Shown here: positions 48,779 to 61,390 of the stretch, piece by piece
Layout: each line of letters begins with the position of its first letter
Position numbering within the stretch: the first letter of the stretch is position 1
Source: Candidatus Sysuiplasma acidicola
GTDB lineage: Archaea > Thermoplasmatota > Thermoplasmata > Sysuiplasmatales > Sysuiplasmataceae
Reading direction: 5' to 3'
Assembly: GCA_019721035.1 (NCBI GenBank)
Contig: JAHEAA010000011.1
Location: 2,150-66,149 of the forward strand
Length of the DNA: 64,000 bases
Notes under the pieces: generated by a model
Seen by the model: the letters and a program-made list of their open reading frames with translations, nothing else
Told to the model about the DNA's origin: nothing
Databases searched by the model: none
Program-made: the position numbers and the translations under genes

Positions 48779-51700
48779 TCATCTTGTTCTGGGGCTCAAA
48801 CGCCTGTACACCACGCGTCTCTTCTTCCCTATTTTTGATGGCCACCAGTTGTACTTTCGCAGATAGAGCATAACTGCGGGGACAAAGAAAGGCCAGCTGA
48901 TGAACGTGTCGACCAGCACACCGAGTGCAAGTCCCAGGCCTATCTCCTCCATGATACCGATACCGCTGAATGTCAGTGAGCCGAAGGTTGCGAAGAGGAG
49001 GGAGCCGAGCGTTATGATCACACCGCCATTTTCTGTAATGCTGGTCGTAATGCCTTCCTGATCGCTCTTTCCGTGCGTCACTTCCTCCCTTACCCTCGTA
49101 ACCATGAAAATGTCATAATCCAGACCAACTGCCAGAAGAGTGATCACGGTAAACATTGGCAGAAATATCACCAGCGGCATGTGCAGCACATAATACAGTA
49201 TGATGTATGTAATTGCGAGTGAAATGACGACTGAGGACAGGACCATGAGAATGAGCCTTGCAGGCGTAAAAAGCGAGCTGAGCTGCAGCGATAGCACGGC
49301 GAAGATGGCCAGAGCAAGTATTGGAACAAGATTACCGAAACTGCTGCTAGTGTACGCATAGGCGTCGTTGAAACCCTGCGTGAGACCTCCGATATACATG
49401 GAATAACTTCCGCCGGCCCTTGCATGTATGATTGCAGGCAGTCTGTTCACAAACTCCGAAGCGGAAGTCTTCCACGCCAGTGAAGACAGCTCGAACGTTA
49501 TGCGCACAAAATGTGTATCCGAACCGATGAACGTGCCGATCTGTGACTTGTAGGCGCTGTGATACTCAGCAGGTATGCCTGTAAGGTTGTATGGCACATA
49601 GTAGCCGAACGGGTATGTCGGTCCCTGGACCTGCCTTATCTGTGTGTTGGATGCTACGGCATTCTCAATAGCGGTGATCTGTGACATTTCATTAGCGCTG
49701 TATGTGCCGTTTGTACCGATCAGCGGTGTCGGTAACTGCACTATAATGTATCCAATATCGAATGGATCGCCATGAAAGCCGGCGGTGGCTACACGGATCG
49801 CGTTTATGCCGCTGCCTGAGGGCAACAGATCGAAAACATCCATATTTGTCGGTGTTGCGGCATACACGTAGGCGCATAAAATGGCGGCAACAAGGAATAC
49901 GACCGCTATCTTGCCCTTGTTTGATAGGACAAAACCCGACACGCGGAACATTACCGTTTTTCGCTCATCGACCGGGCCGTTAATCCTGGCCGGCCAGTAT
50001 ATTCTGGAGCGTGCGATATTCAGAATGGACACGAGCAGTGTGTTTGCCACGAGCACGGCCAGCATCACTCCGATGGCGTTTGTTATTCCGGAGTCGCTGA
50101 AGAGAGGCACGTTTGCGACGTAGAGCGCCATGTACGACACTGCGACAGTAACGCCAGAGGTGAACACGGCGTGTCCTGCCCACTGCGTGGAGATTATTGC
50201 AGGATTTCTGTTGCCGTTCCTGAGTTCACGGCGGAACCTCGACATGATGTAGACGACGTAATCGCTGGACAGCCCCAGGAGCAATATGAGAAGCAGCGTC
50301 GGTGTGATGAACGATACTGTTGAATGAAGAATGTACTTGTAGAGAAGCGCGTTGACCGAGAACGCCGAGATGGCACTTACTGCAAACATGAGCAGAGGAA
50401 GGAAAGCAGCCGTGACGGACCTGAAGTACAGGCCCACGATAACAACCGAAAGGATTATTCCAATTATGAGTGCCCTCACCATACCGGAGAGCGTTGAGCT
50501 TGAAAGCTGTCTGCTCTGCTGCTCCGAGCCGGCTATATAGTATTTGCTTCCTGCAATGCCGCTGAGCGATGTTCGTACCGAGGAGGATATGGCGTTTGAC
50601 TGACTCAACGTCAGGACAGATGTTGTCGTCACTATCAGAATTGTTGTGGAATTGTCGTACCCGACGAACTGGTGGAAAATGTAGGGAGAGGGAACAAAGG
50701 GATAGCCTGCAAAGCCCGATGAGGACAGCGTGATGGAAACGAGCGCGGGTATGTCAGCCGTCGCGTTGACTTTCAGCAGATAAGGCGCCACATACGCTGG
50801 AACAGCACTCACAAGCGGATTGAACCGCATGTTAGATTCGAGACCTTTCGCAACAAGACTTACCGAGCGAGCAGTCACGGCTGGGGTTGTGGCTGGCTGC
50901 GGGAGGTAGAACGCATTGTCGAAAAAATCGCTCGCAGTTATGTTCAAATCGGTCTGAAGGAAGGAAACAACCGAACTGTTCGAACCGAGTCCGGGAAGGA
51001 CGGCACTCAGGATGTACATGTAAGCGTAGGCATCATAATGCACTCTGTCCGGTGTGTTGTTCTGCGCATAATCGGACAGGGAGAAATTACCAGCAATCGA
51101 CGCGGAAATGCTGTGAAGCGGGCTGCCGTTCTGCACTGAAACTGCGTAATATGTGGAGGTGCCGTTATTCACGGTCTGATTTATGGCATAATACGCCCTC
51201 GGCGCCGATGCAGATATCCGCGAGGAATTCCAGTAACCGTAAAAAGTGCCGTAATACAGCGTGACGAGCGTGTCAGCTCCATTCAGCTGCCGCAGCGTAA
51301 GGTTGTTGGCTTCAGAGGAATTGTTGACGGCAGCATAATAGGAAAGAAAGAGTGATGGAACTCCGTAGATCATCTGCAGCGTCCTGTTCAGCGTTACGTT
51401 CAGCGTTGTAACTGCGCTGTTTGTCTGTGAAAGAAGCGTGTATGTGGCGTTCAGCTCTTTTTTTGCACCGTAGGTGATGGCTGTCAGCGTGCTGTTTTCG
51501 ACAGAGAGTATCGACGTTACGTTGCCGCCGACACCCTGACTCCTGAGATATCCGTTAACGCCTGTCTGAATGGCACCGAATGCAGACACAACGCCTGGCG
51601 AATTGACATCTGTGCCTGTGGTGACTACGACGAGACTCTGACTGCCTGCGGATGCCTCCTTCGGGAAATACTGCGCGAGATACTTCTGCGCATGCGCAGA

Positions 51701-51868
51701 CATGGAATTTGACGGGAAGAATCCGGAAGAGATGTTGTATGAAGTTTCACTAAAAAGCATTGGTGCAAATGGCCCGAAAACAACGATAAAGATTACCCAT
51801 GCAACGATTATTTTGCCGCTGTTTCTCTGTGAGAAGCTGCCAATACGTGCAAACGTTTCCTCGAGCAT
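48779..51868 (-). CDS. MMPL-family (RND superfamily) membrane transporter
   Basis: The 1029-aa protein has two halves. Each half has a large extracytoplasmic domain followed by a TM bundle containing the MMPL landmarks GLSSDYVVYIMSRFRRELRNG and GLDYDIFMVTRVREEV. Confidence 0.85.
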   Translation of the reverse strand: MLEETFARIGSFSQRNSGKIIVAWVIFIVVFGPFAPMLFSETSYNISSGFFPSNSMSAHAQKYLAQYFPKEASAGSQSLVVVTTGTDVNSPGVVSAFGAIQTGVNGYLRSQGVGGNVTSILSVENSTLTAITYGAKKELNATYTLLSQTNSAVTTLNVTLNRTLQMIYGVPSLFLSYYAAVNNSSEANNLTLRQLNGADTLVTLYYGTFYGYWNSSRISASAPRAYYAINQTVNNGTSTYYAVSVQNGSPLHSISASIAGNFSLSDYAQNNTPDRVHYDAYAYMYILSAVLPGLGSNSSVVSFLQTDLNITASDFFDNAFYLPQPATTPAVTARSVSLVAKGLESNMRFNPLVSAVPAYVAPYLLKVNATADIPALVSITLSSSGFAGYPFVPSPYIFHQFVGYDNSTTILIVTTTSVLTLSQSNAISSSVRTSLSGIAGSKYYIAGSEQQSRQLSSSTLSGMVRALIIGIILSVVIVGLYFRSVTAAFLPLLMFAVSAISAFSVNALLYKYILHSTVSFITPTLLLILLLGLSSDYVVYIMSRFRRELRNGNRNPAIISTQWAGHAVFTSGVTVAVSYMALYVANVPLFSDSGITNAIGVMLAVLVANTLLVSILNIARSRIYWPARINGPVDERKTVMFRVSGFVLSNKGKIAVVFLVAAILCAYVYAATPTNMDVFDLLPSGSGINAIRVATAGFHGDPFDIGYIIVQLPTPLIGTNGTYSANEMSQITAIENAVASNTQIRQVQGPTYPFGYYVPYNLTGIPAEYHSAYKSQIGTFIGSDTHFVRITFELSSLAWKTSASEFVNRLPAIIHARAGGSYSMYIGGLTQGFNDAYAYTSSSFGNLVPILALAIFAVLSLQLSSLFTPARLILMVLSSVVISLAITYIILYYVLHMPLVIFLPMFTVITLLAVGLDYDIFMVTRVREEVTHGKSDQEGITTSITENGGVIITLGSLLFATFGSLTFSGIGIMEEIGLGLALGVLVDTFISWPFFVPAVMLYLRKYNWWPSKIGKKRRVVYRRLSPRTR

Positions 51869-51960
51869 TGTATTAATCGTCTCCGGGATTTGTCTGACGG
51901 CTACATCCGATATTCTTCAAGGACATAAGGTTGATCGATCCCTGACTGAGAAGGCGGCAT

Positions 51961-52587
51961 TCATTTCGTTCCAAGCACGCAGTAGTGGTAAGGCCCGATC
52001 TCGGAAACGGAAACATCCCTGAAACCGGCTTCGATCAGCAGGTCCCTGCTGTGATCTGAGGAGAATTTGATCTCAGGCGGCGGACCGAATGGCAACGACT
52101 CCTTCTTCCAGTCTATGTCCACGGCACGTCCGTTCTTCTTCAGCAGTTTTAGTGCATCTGAAAGGGTATTCTGCGGCCTCTTCAGGTCATGCAGCACGTT
52201 CGCCAGCAGTATGAAATCTGCGCTCCCATCCGCAAGTGGAAAGAACCTGTCGGCATCCAGCCGCAGCAACTCGAAGTTATGCAGGTTCGCTTCAAGCAGT
52301 CTCTGCCTGCATACTGAGAGCGATGTGGCGTTTACGTCCAGAGCGATGACGGTTCCGCCAGAGCCGATTCTCCGGGCCAGTGGCAGAGTGAAATAGCCCG
52401 GGCCGCATCCCACCTCAACGACAGTGCCGACGCCCGCCGGAAGTACGGCATCGAGTATTTTTTCCGGATCCTGCCACTCTCTTCTCTCTTCTGACAGGAG
52501 GTGACTCAGCATTCCGTCCAAATCATGACCGTCGCCATGTCTGTGATATCCGTGGGAAGCGCCGTATGAACCACTGTCTCTGGCCAT
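51961..52587 (-). CDS. class I SAM-dependent methyltransferase
   Basis: Motif I is VVEVGCGPGYFTLPLA, post-I is VIALDV and motif II/III region is DFILLANVLHDL. Confidence 0.8.
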   Translation of the reverse strand: MARDSGSYGASHGYHRHGDGHDLDGMLSHLLSEERREWQDPEKILDAVLPAGVGTVVEVGCGPGYFTLPLARRIGSGGTVIALDVNATSLSVCRQRLLEANLHNFELLRLDADRFFPLADGSADFILLANVLHDLKRPQNTLSDALKLLKKNGRAVDIDWKKESLPFGPPPEIKFSSDHSRDLLIEAGFRDVSVSEIGPYHYCVLGTK

Positions 52588-52673
52588 GAAGGGTCAAGCA
52601 AGAACAAAGTATAAACCGCTTGCGAGCGCAACCGTTCGAGTGTGTGCGGCAACAGCGGTTTACCTGGCGCGTA

Positions 52674-54350
52674 TCACGTGGCAATACTCTTCGGTTTCGG
52701 AACCTCTCGCCCTGAGCCAAGGCCGTATCTCTTCACCTTCTCCACATCCATGCCGCGGCTGCGGCAGATGTGTTCGATGCGGCGCATCATGAGCCATCCG
52801 CCAATCGGTATGAGGCTCGAAATGCCAACTCTGGACACGACCCTACCATGACTGGATGAAGGAGAATCACGCGCGGCAATCTTTGCAAGGTGCCTGTAGG
52901 AGGCATAATAGACGGCGAGCTGTGATTCGTTCAGCTGCACGCGGGAGAATGACCTGCTCTTCATCAGACCGAGCGGCACGTTCTGCATCGGCGTGATAGT
53001 GAACTCGAACGGGTTGCCGTCGACCATTGAATTGCTCAGCCTGTTTATCAGCTCGACGGTGTCCCAGTTGTCTTCGTCGGTCTCCTCTCTCTGGCCAACC
53101 TGGCAGGTGAACGCAGGCCGCCAGAAGTTCCTGTTGAAGTTGTGGACACCCCACCAGACGATGTCCTGCCAGCTGCCGTCAGAACCGATGCGCAGCGGCA
53201 GCGTCTTGTTTGGCATGTGTATCCTGGCAAGTCTTTCACTACCGGTTTCCACGCCCACCTGTATGCCGATCCAGTTCGACGGACCTGCTCTCGCAATGTC
53301 GCTCAGTTCCTTTATCAGTGCAGGGTAGGCCGCCGGAATGGAAATGCGACCATGCGTGGGATTCATTGACGTGGTCCCGGGAACAGACATGACAGATGAG
53401 AACAGTTCGACGAGTGCATCCCTGTTGGGCTCGAACAGTCTTCCGTGCCTGTACGCGAATATTTCGTCCGAATGTATCCATGCATTACTGAATCCGCCTG
53501 CTGCGTTTACGGCAATTTCCTTCTTTATCTTCTCTGTAGGGTAATACCTCGAGGGCCTGAGCGTGACTTCACAGAAGTCGCATCCGACACCGCATCCTCT
53601 CATAACCTCCGTCATGCCTTTGACCGATGGCGCAAGAATCTCCGGTATATCATCAAGGGACGGATGGCCCTTCACTCCCTGTTTTCTTGTCAGGAACCTG
53701 TCGTCGTTCCTGTAGCTCCTGTGAAAATGTTCATCAAAGCTCACATATCCGTTATAGAAAAATTCTGAACCGGCGTTTCCATCCGAAATGCTTTCGAACA
53801 GGTTGCATGCGACATCATCCGCCTCGCCCTGAAATGCATAATCTATGCCACAGCTGTCAAGCTCCTCTGGAAAGAGAGTGAATTCCCACACCCCCGGACC
53901 GCCGACGACCAGTTTTGCCTTCTTGCTTTTCCTCACCGCGGCTATTTTTGCTATGAGTCTGTACCATTCCCTGCGGACCCATGGATAACCTTTGCTGCCG
54001 AACAATATGGCGTATGAGACTGTGAGCGGTCCTGTACCGAGAGGATCCATGGTGCTGATGCCAATCACTTTTGTATCGTCGCGGATGAAATTTGAAAGAT
54101 GGTCTTCGTGCGCTACAACAACATCCTCCCTACGGTTCCCCCTCAGTAGTGCTGCTTCCAGTTTCCTTACAGAATATGGGGCAAACTTCACTCTTCCGTC
54201 CGGCAGGGCTGGTGGAGACTTCCCCTTGAGGTAGTTGTAGAACATCTCCGGCACAATATCGGAAGGTGCACAGGACAGGAAATCCAGCAGTGGGAAATTC
54301 CTGTAATCGTAGCTCAGCGTTGCATCCGAAACAAGGACATATTTTGTCAT
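52674..54350 (-). CDS. radical SAM enzyme with N-terminal B12-binding-type domain, function unknown
   Basis: The N-terminal Rossmann-like block reads APYSVRKLEAALL, KVIGISTMDP, KLVVGGPG and FQGEAD. The cluster motif is MRGCGVGCDFCEV. I prefer the start at MTKYVLV (54350); the track ORF extends to 54476. Confidence 0.75.
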   Translation of the reverse strand: MTKYVLVSDATLSYDYRNFPLLDFLSCAPSDIVPEMFYNYLKGKSPPALPDGRVKFAPYSVRKLEAALLRGNRREDVVVAHEDHLSNFIRDDTKVIGISTMDPLGTGPLTVSYAILFGSKGYPWVRREWYRLIAKIAAVRKSKKAKLVVGGPGVWEFTLFPEELDSCGIDYAFQGEADDVACNLFESISDGNAGSEFFYNGYVSFDEHFHRSYRNDDRFLTRKQGVKGHPSLDDIPEILAPSVKGMTEVMRGCGVGCDFCEVTLRPSRYYPTEKIKKEIAVNAAGGFSNAWIHSDEIFAYRHGRLFEPNRDALVELFSSVMSVPGTTSMNPTHGRISIPAAYPALIKELSDIARAGPSNWIGIQVGVETGSERLARIHMPNKTLPLRIGSDGSWQDIVWWGVHNFNRNFWRPAFTCQVGQREETDEDNWDTVELINRLSNSMVDGNPFEFTITPMQNVPLGLMKSRSFSRVQLNESQLAVYYASYRHLAKIAARDSPSSSHGRVVSRVGISSLIPIGGWLMMRRIEHICRSRGMDVEKVKRYGLGSGREVPKPKSIAT

Positions 54351-54620
54351 CTGCATCCTCCAGCAATTTTCATTTCCGAAGGTCATAGACAGACGCGGGG
54401 CAAATGTTGCGGGGGGAACGGCCCTCAGACATTTACCTGCTGTCTCCTGCGGTTGCACTCGATGTACGTGTTTCACTTCACGTATTGCGCATTAATAAAT
54501 TTGAGCATCGCCACTATCCAATGAATAAAGGCCTTCGGCTTCCTCCGTGGAGAATCGTCTGATCCGTCAAAGATAATAGCTATGAGGACGTTTTCGGCAA
54601 CACAAAACTGAGGGAATGGA

Positions 54621-55439
54621 ATGAGCGAATTTAAAACAAACGGCAAAATGGTGAAGTATGCAGGCGCTACGGGGCAGATAGACGCATATCTGGCTGAGCC
54701 GGCGGGCGAAGGCAGATTTCCGGCGATCGTGCTTGTGCATGAAATATTTGGCCTGAATAAGCACATAATGAGTGTTGCTGACAGCTTTTCACGGCACGGA
54801 TACGTCGTACTCGCACCCCATCTTTTCTCAAGCGGATACGCTCCGCCCGGCATGACGGAAGAAAATATCAACATGACGATGAAATTCTTCATGTCACTTC
54901 CGCCGGAGAAACAGAGGGACATGGAATTCGTCCAGGCATCGCTTTCAAAGTACGATGAGGACAAGAGGGCCGTCATTCAGTCGCTGATGGGCTCTATGTT
55001 CAGTCTGCCTAGACAGAAACTTGCCGAGGAACTTTCCGCCGGTGTCGATTTTCTGAACGGAAGGGACAACGTTTCGCACGGGGCGATTGGAAGCGCCGGT
55101 TTCTGTTTTGGCGGAGCGATGTCGGCAGAACTTGCATGCACAGGTAAAACTGCAGCATCCGTTATTTTCTACGGACAGAATCCAGAGCCTCTGGACCGTG
55201 TCAGGAACATAAACGGACCCGTTCTCGGACTTTACGGCGGTCTTGACAAGAGAATCAACGAACACATTCATGAACTCGTGAAGGCACTGGTAGATTTTGA
55301 CAAGGTCTTTGAAATTGTGGTTTATAAAGGCGCTGCGCATGCGTTCTTTAATGACACTGGCCGCAACTACGTGGAGGAAGCAGCAAAGGATGCCCGGGAG
55401 CGTGTGCTGAAGTTCTTTTCGGCAAACCTCAAGAAATAA
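54621..55439 (+). CDS. dienelactone hydrolase family protein
   Basis: The translation contains FPAIVLVHEIFGLNKHI, YVVLAPHLF, nucleophile context GFCFGG and C-terminal AAHAF. Confidence 0.85.
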   Translation: MSEFKTNGKMVKYAGATGQIDAYLAEPAGEGRFPAIVLVHEIFGLNKHIMSVADSFSRHGYVVLAPHLFSSGYAPPGMTEENINMTMKFFMSLPPEKQRDMEFVQASLSKYDEDKRAVIQSLMGSMFSLPRQKLAEELSAGVDFLNGRDNVSHGAIGSAGFCFGGAMSAELACTGKTAASVIFYGQNPEPLDRVRNINGPVLGLYGGLDKRINEHIHELVKALVDFDKVFEIVVYKGAAHAFFNDTGRNYVEEAAKDARERVLKFFSANLKK

Positions 55440-55522
55440 GAACAGCCTCGCACTCTCTATACGCCGATCAACAGCGCATCGCATCCTGTTGAGAAAATTC
55501 AGAAGTGCTGACGCGCTGACTC

Positions 55523-56458
55523 ATGGTGATATGTGTGAAAATAGGAGTCATCGGTGTTCCAATGGACTTGGGGCAGAAGAGAAGAGGCGTGGACATGGGA
55601 CCGACTGCCATGCGCATAGCCGGCCTCGTCGAACGACTCTCTGATCTGGGCCACCAGGTAGTGGACTTTGGCAACGTTCCTGGCCCGGACAGGTCAACTG
55701 CCAGACACGGCGTGGAGAGCGCACGTTACCTTGCAGACATAATGAAAATGTGCAACAACATAGCGGAACAGGTATCCAGGTGCGTTTCGGAAAAAATGAT
55801 GCCGCTGGTGATAGGAGGGGATCAGAGTGTCTCAATCGGTACATTCGGCGGACTTGCACCACATGGAACGGACAGGGGCATCATATGGATTGACGCTCAC
55901 GGTGACTTCAATACACACAGGACGACGCCATCCGGAAATGTCCATGGCATGGCCCTTGCTGCCATACTGGGGCAGGGCCTCCCGCAACTGGTCAATTTCA
56001 GAAAAATATCGCCCAAGGCGCTTGAGAAGAACACGGTAATAGTTGGATGCAGGAGCATAGATGAAGGGGAGGCAGAGCTCCTTTCCAGGTCGAAGATAAC
56101 CGTGTACACGATGAAGGAAGTGGATGAGATGGGCATAGCTGAAGTGATGGAGCAGGCCATACAAATTGCAGGAAGAGGCACCAGCGATGTTCACGTCAGC
56201 TTTGACATCGACGTGCTGGATCCAAGGGAGGCACCAGGAACCGGAACTCCTGTCCCTGGCGGGCTGACGTATCGTGAAGCGCATCTGGCGATGGAGATGC
56301 TCTATGATGCGGGCGTAGTAACATCCGCCGAACTGGTGGAAGTCAATCCTATACTGGATTATTCGAACAGAACGGCGGAAATCGCAGTGCAGCTGCTCGA
56401 ATCACTGATGGGGAAGAGAATACTCAAACAGAAGAGCAGGCAGTCTGCACGGGCATAA
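55523..56458 (+). CDS. arginase-family ureohydrolase (arginase/agmatinase-like)
   Basis: The translation contains [51 protein letters not shown] and GGLTYREA. The usual His of the GGDHS motif is Gln here. Confidence 0.8.
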   Translation: MVICVKIGVIGVPMDLGQKRRGVDMGPTAMRIAGLVERLSDLGHQVVDFGNVPGPDRSTARHGVESARYLADIMKMCNNIAEQVSRCVSEKMMPLVIGGDQSVSIGTFGGLAPHGTDRGIIWIDAHGDFNTHRTTPSGNVHGMALAAILGQGLPQLVNFRKISPKALEKNTVIVGCRSIDEGEAELLSRSKITVYTMKEVDEMGIAEVMEQAIQIAGRGTSDVHVSFDIDVLDPREAPGTGTPVPGGLTYREAHLAMEMLYDAGVVTSAELVEVNPILDYSNRTAEIAVQLLESLMGKRILKQKSRQSARA

Positions 56459-56494
56459 TGCCGGCAAAAAAAACAAATAAGCGTTCGAGAAGCA

Positions 56495-57742
56495 GTGTAC
56501 ACACTACACCGGGGAACCAGAGTGATTAAAGCAGACAGGAACGGCCATACGGACCTTTACCTGCTGGTCCTATCCAGAGGCGCGAGAAGTTTTGCCGGGG
56601 GAATTCTTTCAGTCATTATTGGATTATACTACAGGTATCACCTGCATCTGTCCCTGACGATGATCGGTATACTTTTTGCAATCGGCGCCCTTTTCACCCC
56701 TCTCCTGACACTCGTGATTGGCAGGTATGCGGACATACACGGCAGGAAGAGGCTGCTCCTCCTCACGCTCTTCTTTCTTCCTGTCGCCGTGCTGATACTT
56801 CTGCTGACGGACAATATCTTTCTGCTTGCTGTGTCTGCTGCAATCGGCGGTTTCGGCATAGCAGGAGGGATTGTCGGCGGAGGCGTCGGCGCTTCAGTGG
56901 CGCCGATGCAGACTGCGCTGCTTGCAGAGAAGACAAATGCGGGGAACAGGACGATGCTGTTCTCGGCATTCACCATAATATCGAGCATTGCAGGTTCCGC
57001 CGGCGCCGTTCTTGCCAACCTGAACAATTACGAGGTGCTTTTCGCAGTGGCACTGTTCTTCGCCCTGGTGTCTTTCTGCGTGATTATACCAATCAGGGAG
57101 AATTTCAAGCCCCGCCAGGCTGTACCTGGGAAAAAAAGGACGAGCGGGAAGGACATGGGGCTTATCAAGAAGTTTGCCATCACTGGCTCACTGAATGGCG
57201 CAACTCAGGGCCTGATCATACCGTTCCTTCCGATCATACTCAGGCATCAGTTCCTGATGTCAAACGGCACGATTGGAGATCTCTTTGCTGTCGGTGGTGT
57301 CCTCACTGCCTCCGCTATGGTTTTCACTCCGTTCCTGACGGCCCGGCTGGGATTCGTGCGCTTCATCATCACCACCAGGGCAGTATCAGCGACGTTTGCA
57401 CTTTTGTTCCCGTTTTCATTCTCTCCGCTCATGGCCTCAGCGAGTTACCTCATTTTCACGACGTCCAGGGCCATGGCTCTGCCCTCGCAGCAGTCCCTGA
57501 TGATGAACATGGTGAGCGAAGAATCCAGGTCGTTTGCTACAGGAACAAACCAGTCAGCGAGGCTGTTCCCGTCAGCAGGCGCTACCTTCTCATCGGGTGC
57601 CATCCAGGACGTCTTTCCTGTCTTCGTCCCGTTTGAGATAGGGTTCGTTCTCAACAGCCTGAACATAATGCTCTATCACCATTTCTTCGGCAGGATGCCG
57701 GAAGCCAACAGGATATTGGCGCCAGCCAGCAAAGTTGAGTGA
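56495..57742 (+). CDS. MFS transporter
   Basis: The protein has about 12 TM segments. The MFS loop motif is GRYADIHGRKRLL. The start is GTG. Confidence 0.75.
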   Translation: MYTLHRGTRVIKADRNGHTDLYLLVLSRGARSFAGGILSVIIGLYYRYHLHLSLTMIGILFAIGALFTPLLTLVIGRYADIHGRKRLLLLTLFFLPVAVLILLLTDNIFLLAVSAAIGGFGIAGGIVGGGVGASVAPMQTALLAEKTNAGNRTMLFSAFTIISSIAGSAGAVLANLNNYEVLFAVALFFALVSFCVIIPIRENFKPRQAVPGKKRTSGKDMGLIKKFAITGSLNGATQGLIIPFLPIILRHQFLMSNGTIGDLFAVGGVLTASAMVFTPFLTARLGFVRFIITTRAVSATFALLFPFSFSPLMASASYLIFTTSRAMALPSQQSLMMNMVSEESRSFATGTNQSARLFPSAGATFSSGAIQDVFPVFVPFEIGFVLNSLNIMLYHHFFGRMPEANRILAPASKVE

Positions 57743-57986
57743 GGGTCGTTTGCGGATGCGACCCTGTCAAGTTTTCATTGATATTCCCGCCGCTTCATGA
57801 TTTCTGTGAGCGCTGTCCGCTGCTGTCATAACTGTCGTCATCAGTTGCGGACATTGCCATGATTGCTATGCAGCGGACACTGTCAATGTTGTGTGGAAGT
57901 AACTTGTTTCGGCGACCGCCCCCTGTCGCGTTCAAATAGTCTGCATGACTGGAATGATGCATGCGGATGGCGCGTTATCGGCTCCG

Positions 57987-58141
57987 TGGCAATGCCAATG
58001 CGGTGCCACACATGATCGCGACATATGATCGCGACAGAACCAGGATGTCTGCTCGTGACCCGGGCAGGAGCGGGAGGCTGATGAGGCAATGAAGCAATTC
58101 AAAGATGCTGAGCGGAAGCCTTCAAGTCAATATTTTCAAGG
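57987..58141 (+). mobile_element. IS200/IS605-family relic B: degraded tnpB 3' end plus conserved right-end / omega-RNA-like segment
   Basis: The relic reads WQCQCGATHDRDI and then a stop. Relative to relic A it has a deletion of about 19 nt. Its last 79 nt (58063-58141) match 47629-47706 with 4 substitutions and 1 indel by my alignment. Confidence 0.55.
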
Positions 58142-58470
58142 AAAAGTTGACAGGGTCCGGATGCCGTGAATTCACGGAGTCTGCGCCTCATTCGCCTGAC
58201 AAAAAACAGTAAAACGCGGAGTCCTGGAATTCTTCTTTTGCGATGAGCTTATTTGGCCATGCCGAATGCTTTTCCGGCCAAGGGAAACCTGTAGACCGTC
58301 GCTAAACCTACAATAGTCAATCAAGCGTAACTGCAGCTGTCGAAGCGGAGGATCTGCAGAATATCAGAAAAGCAGCGTTCTCGTGCGGATAACGAGAAAG
58401 TTGAGCGTGGAATCGGTACGCCATTAACCGGCCATGCGGCAGGATGCCGCCGCCGGTCGGGCATCGAGTA

Positions 58471-61390
<2,920 letters not shown>

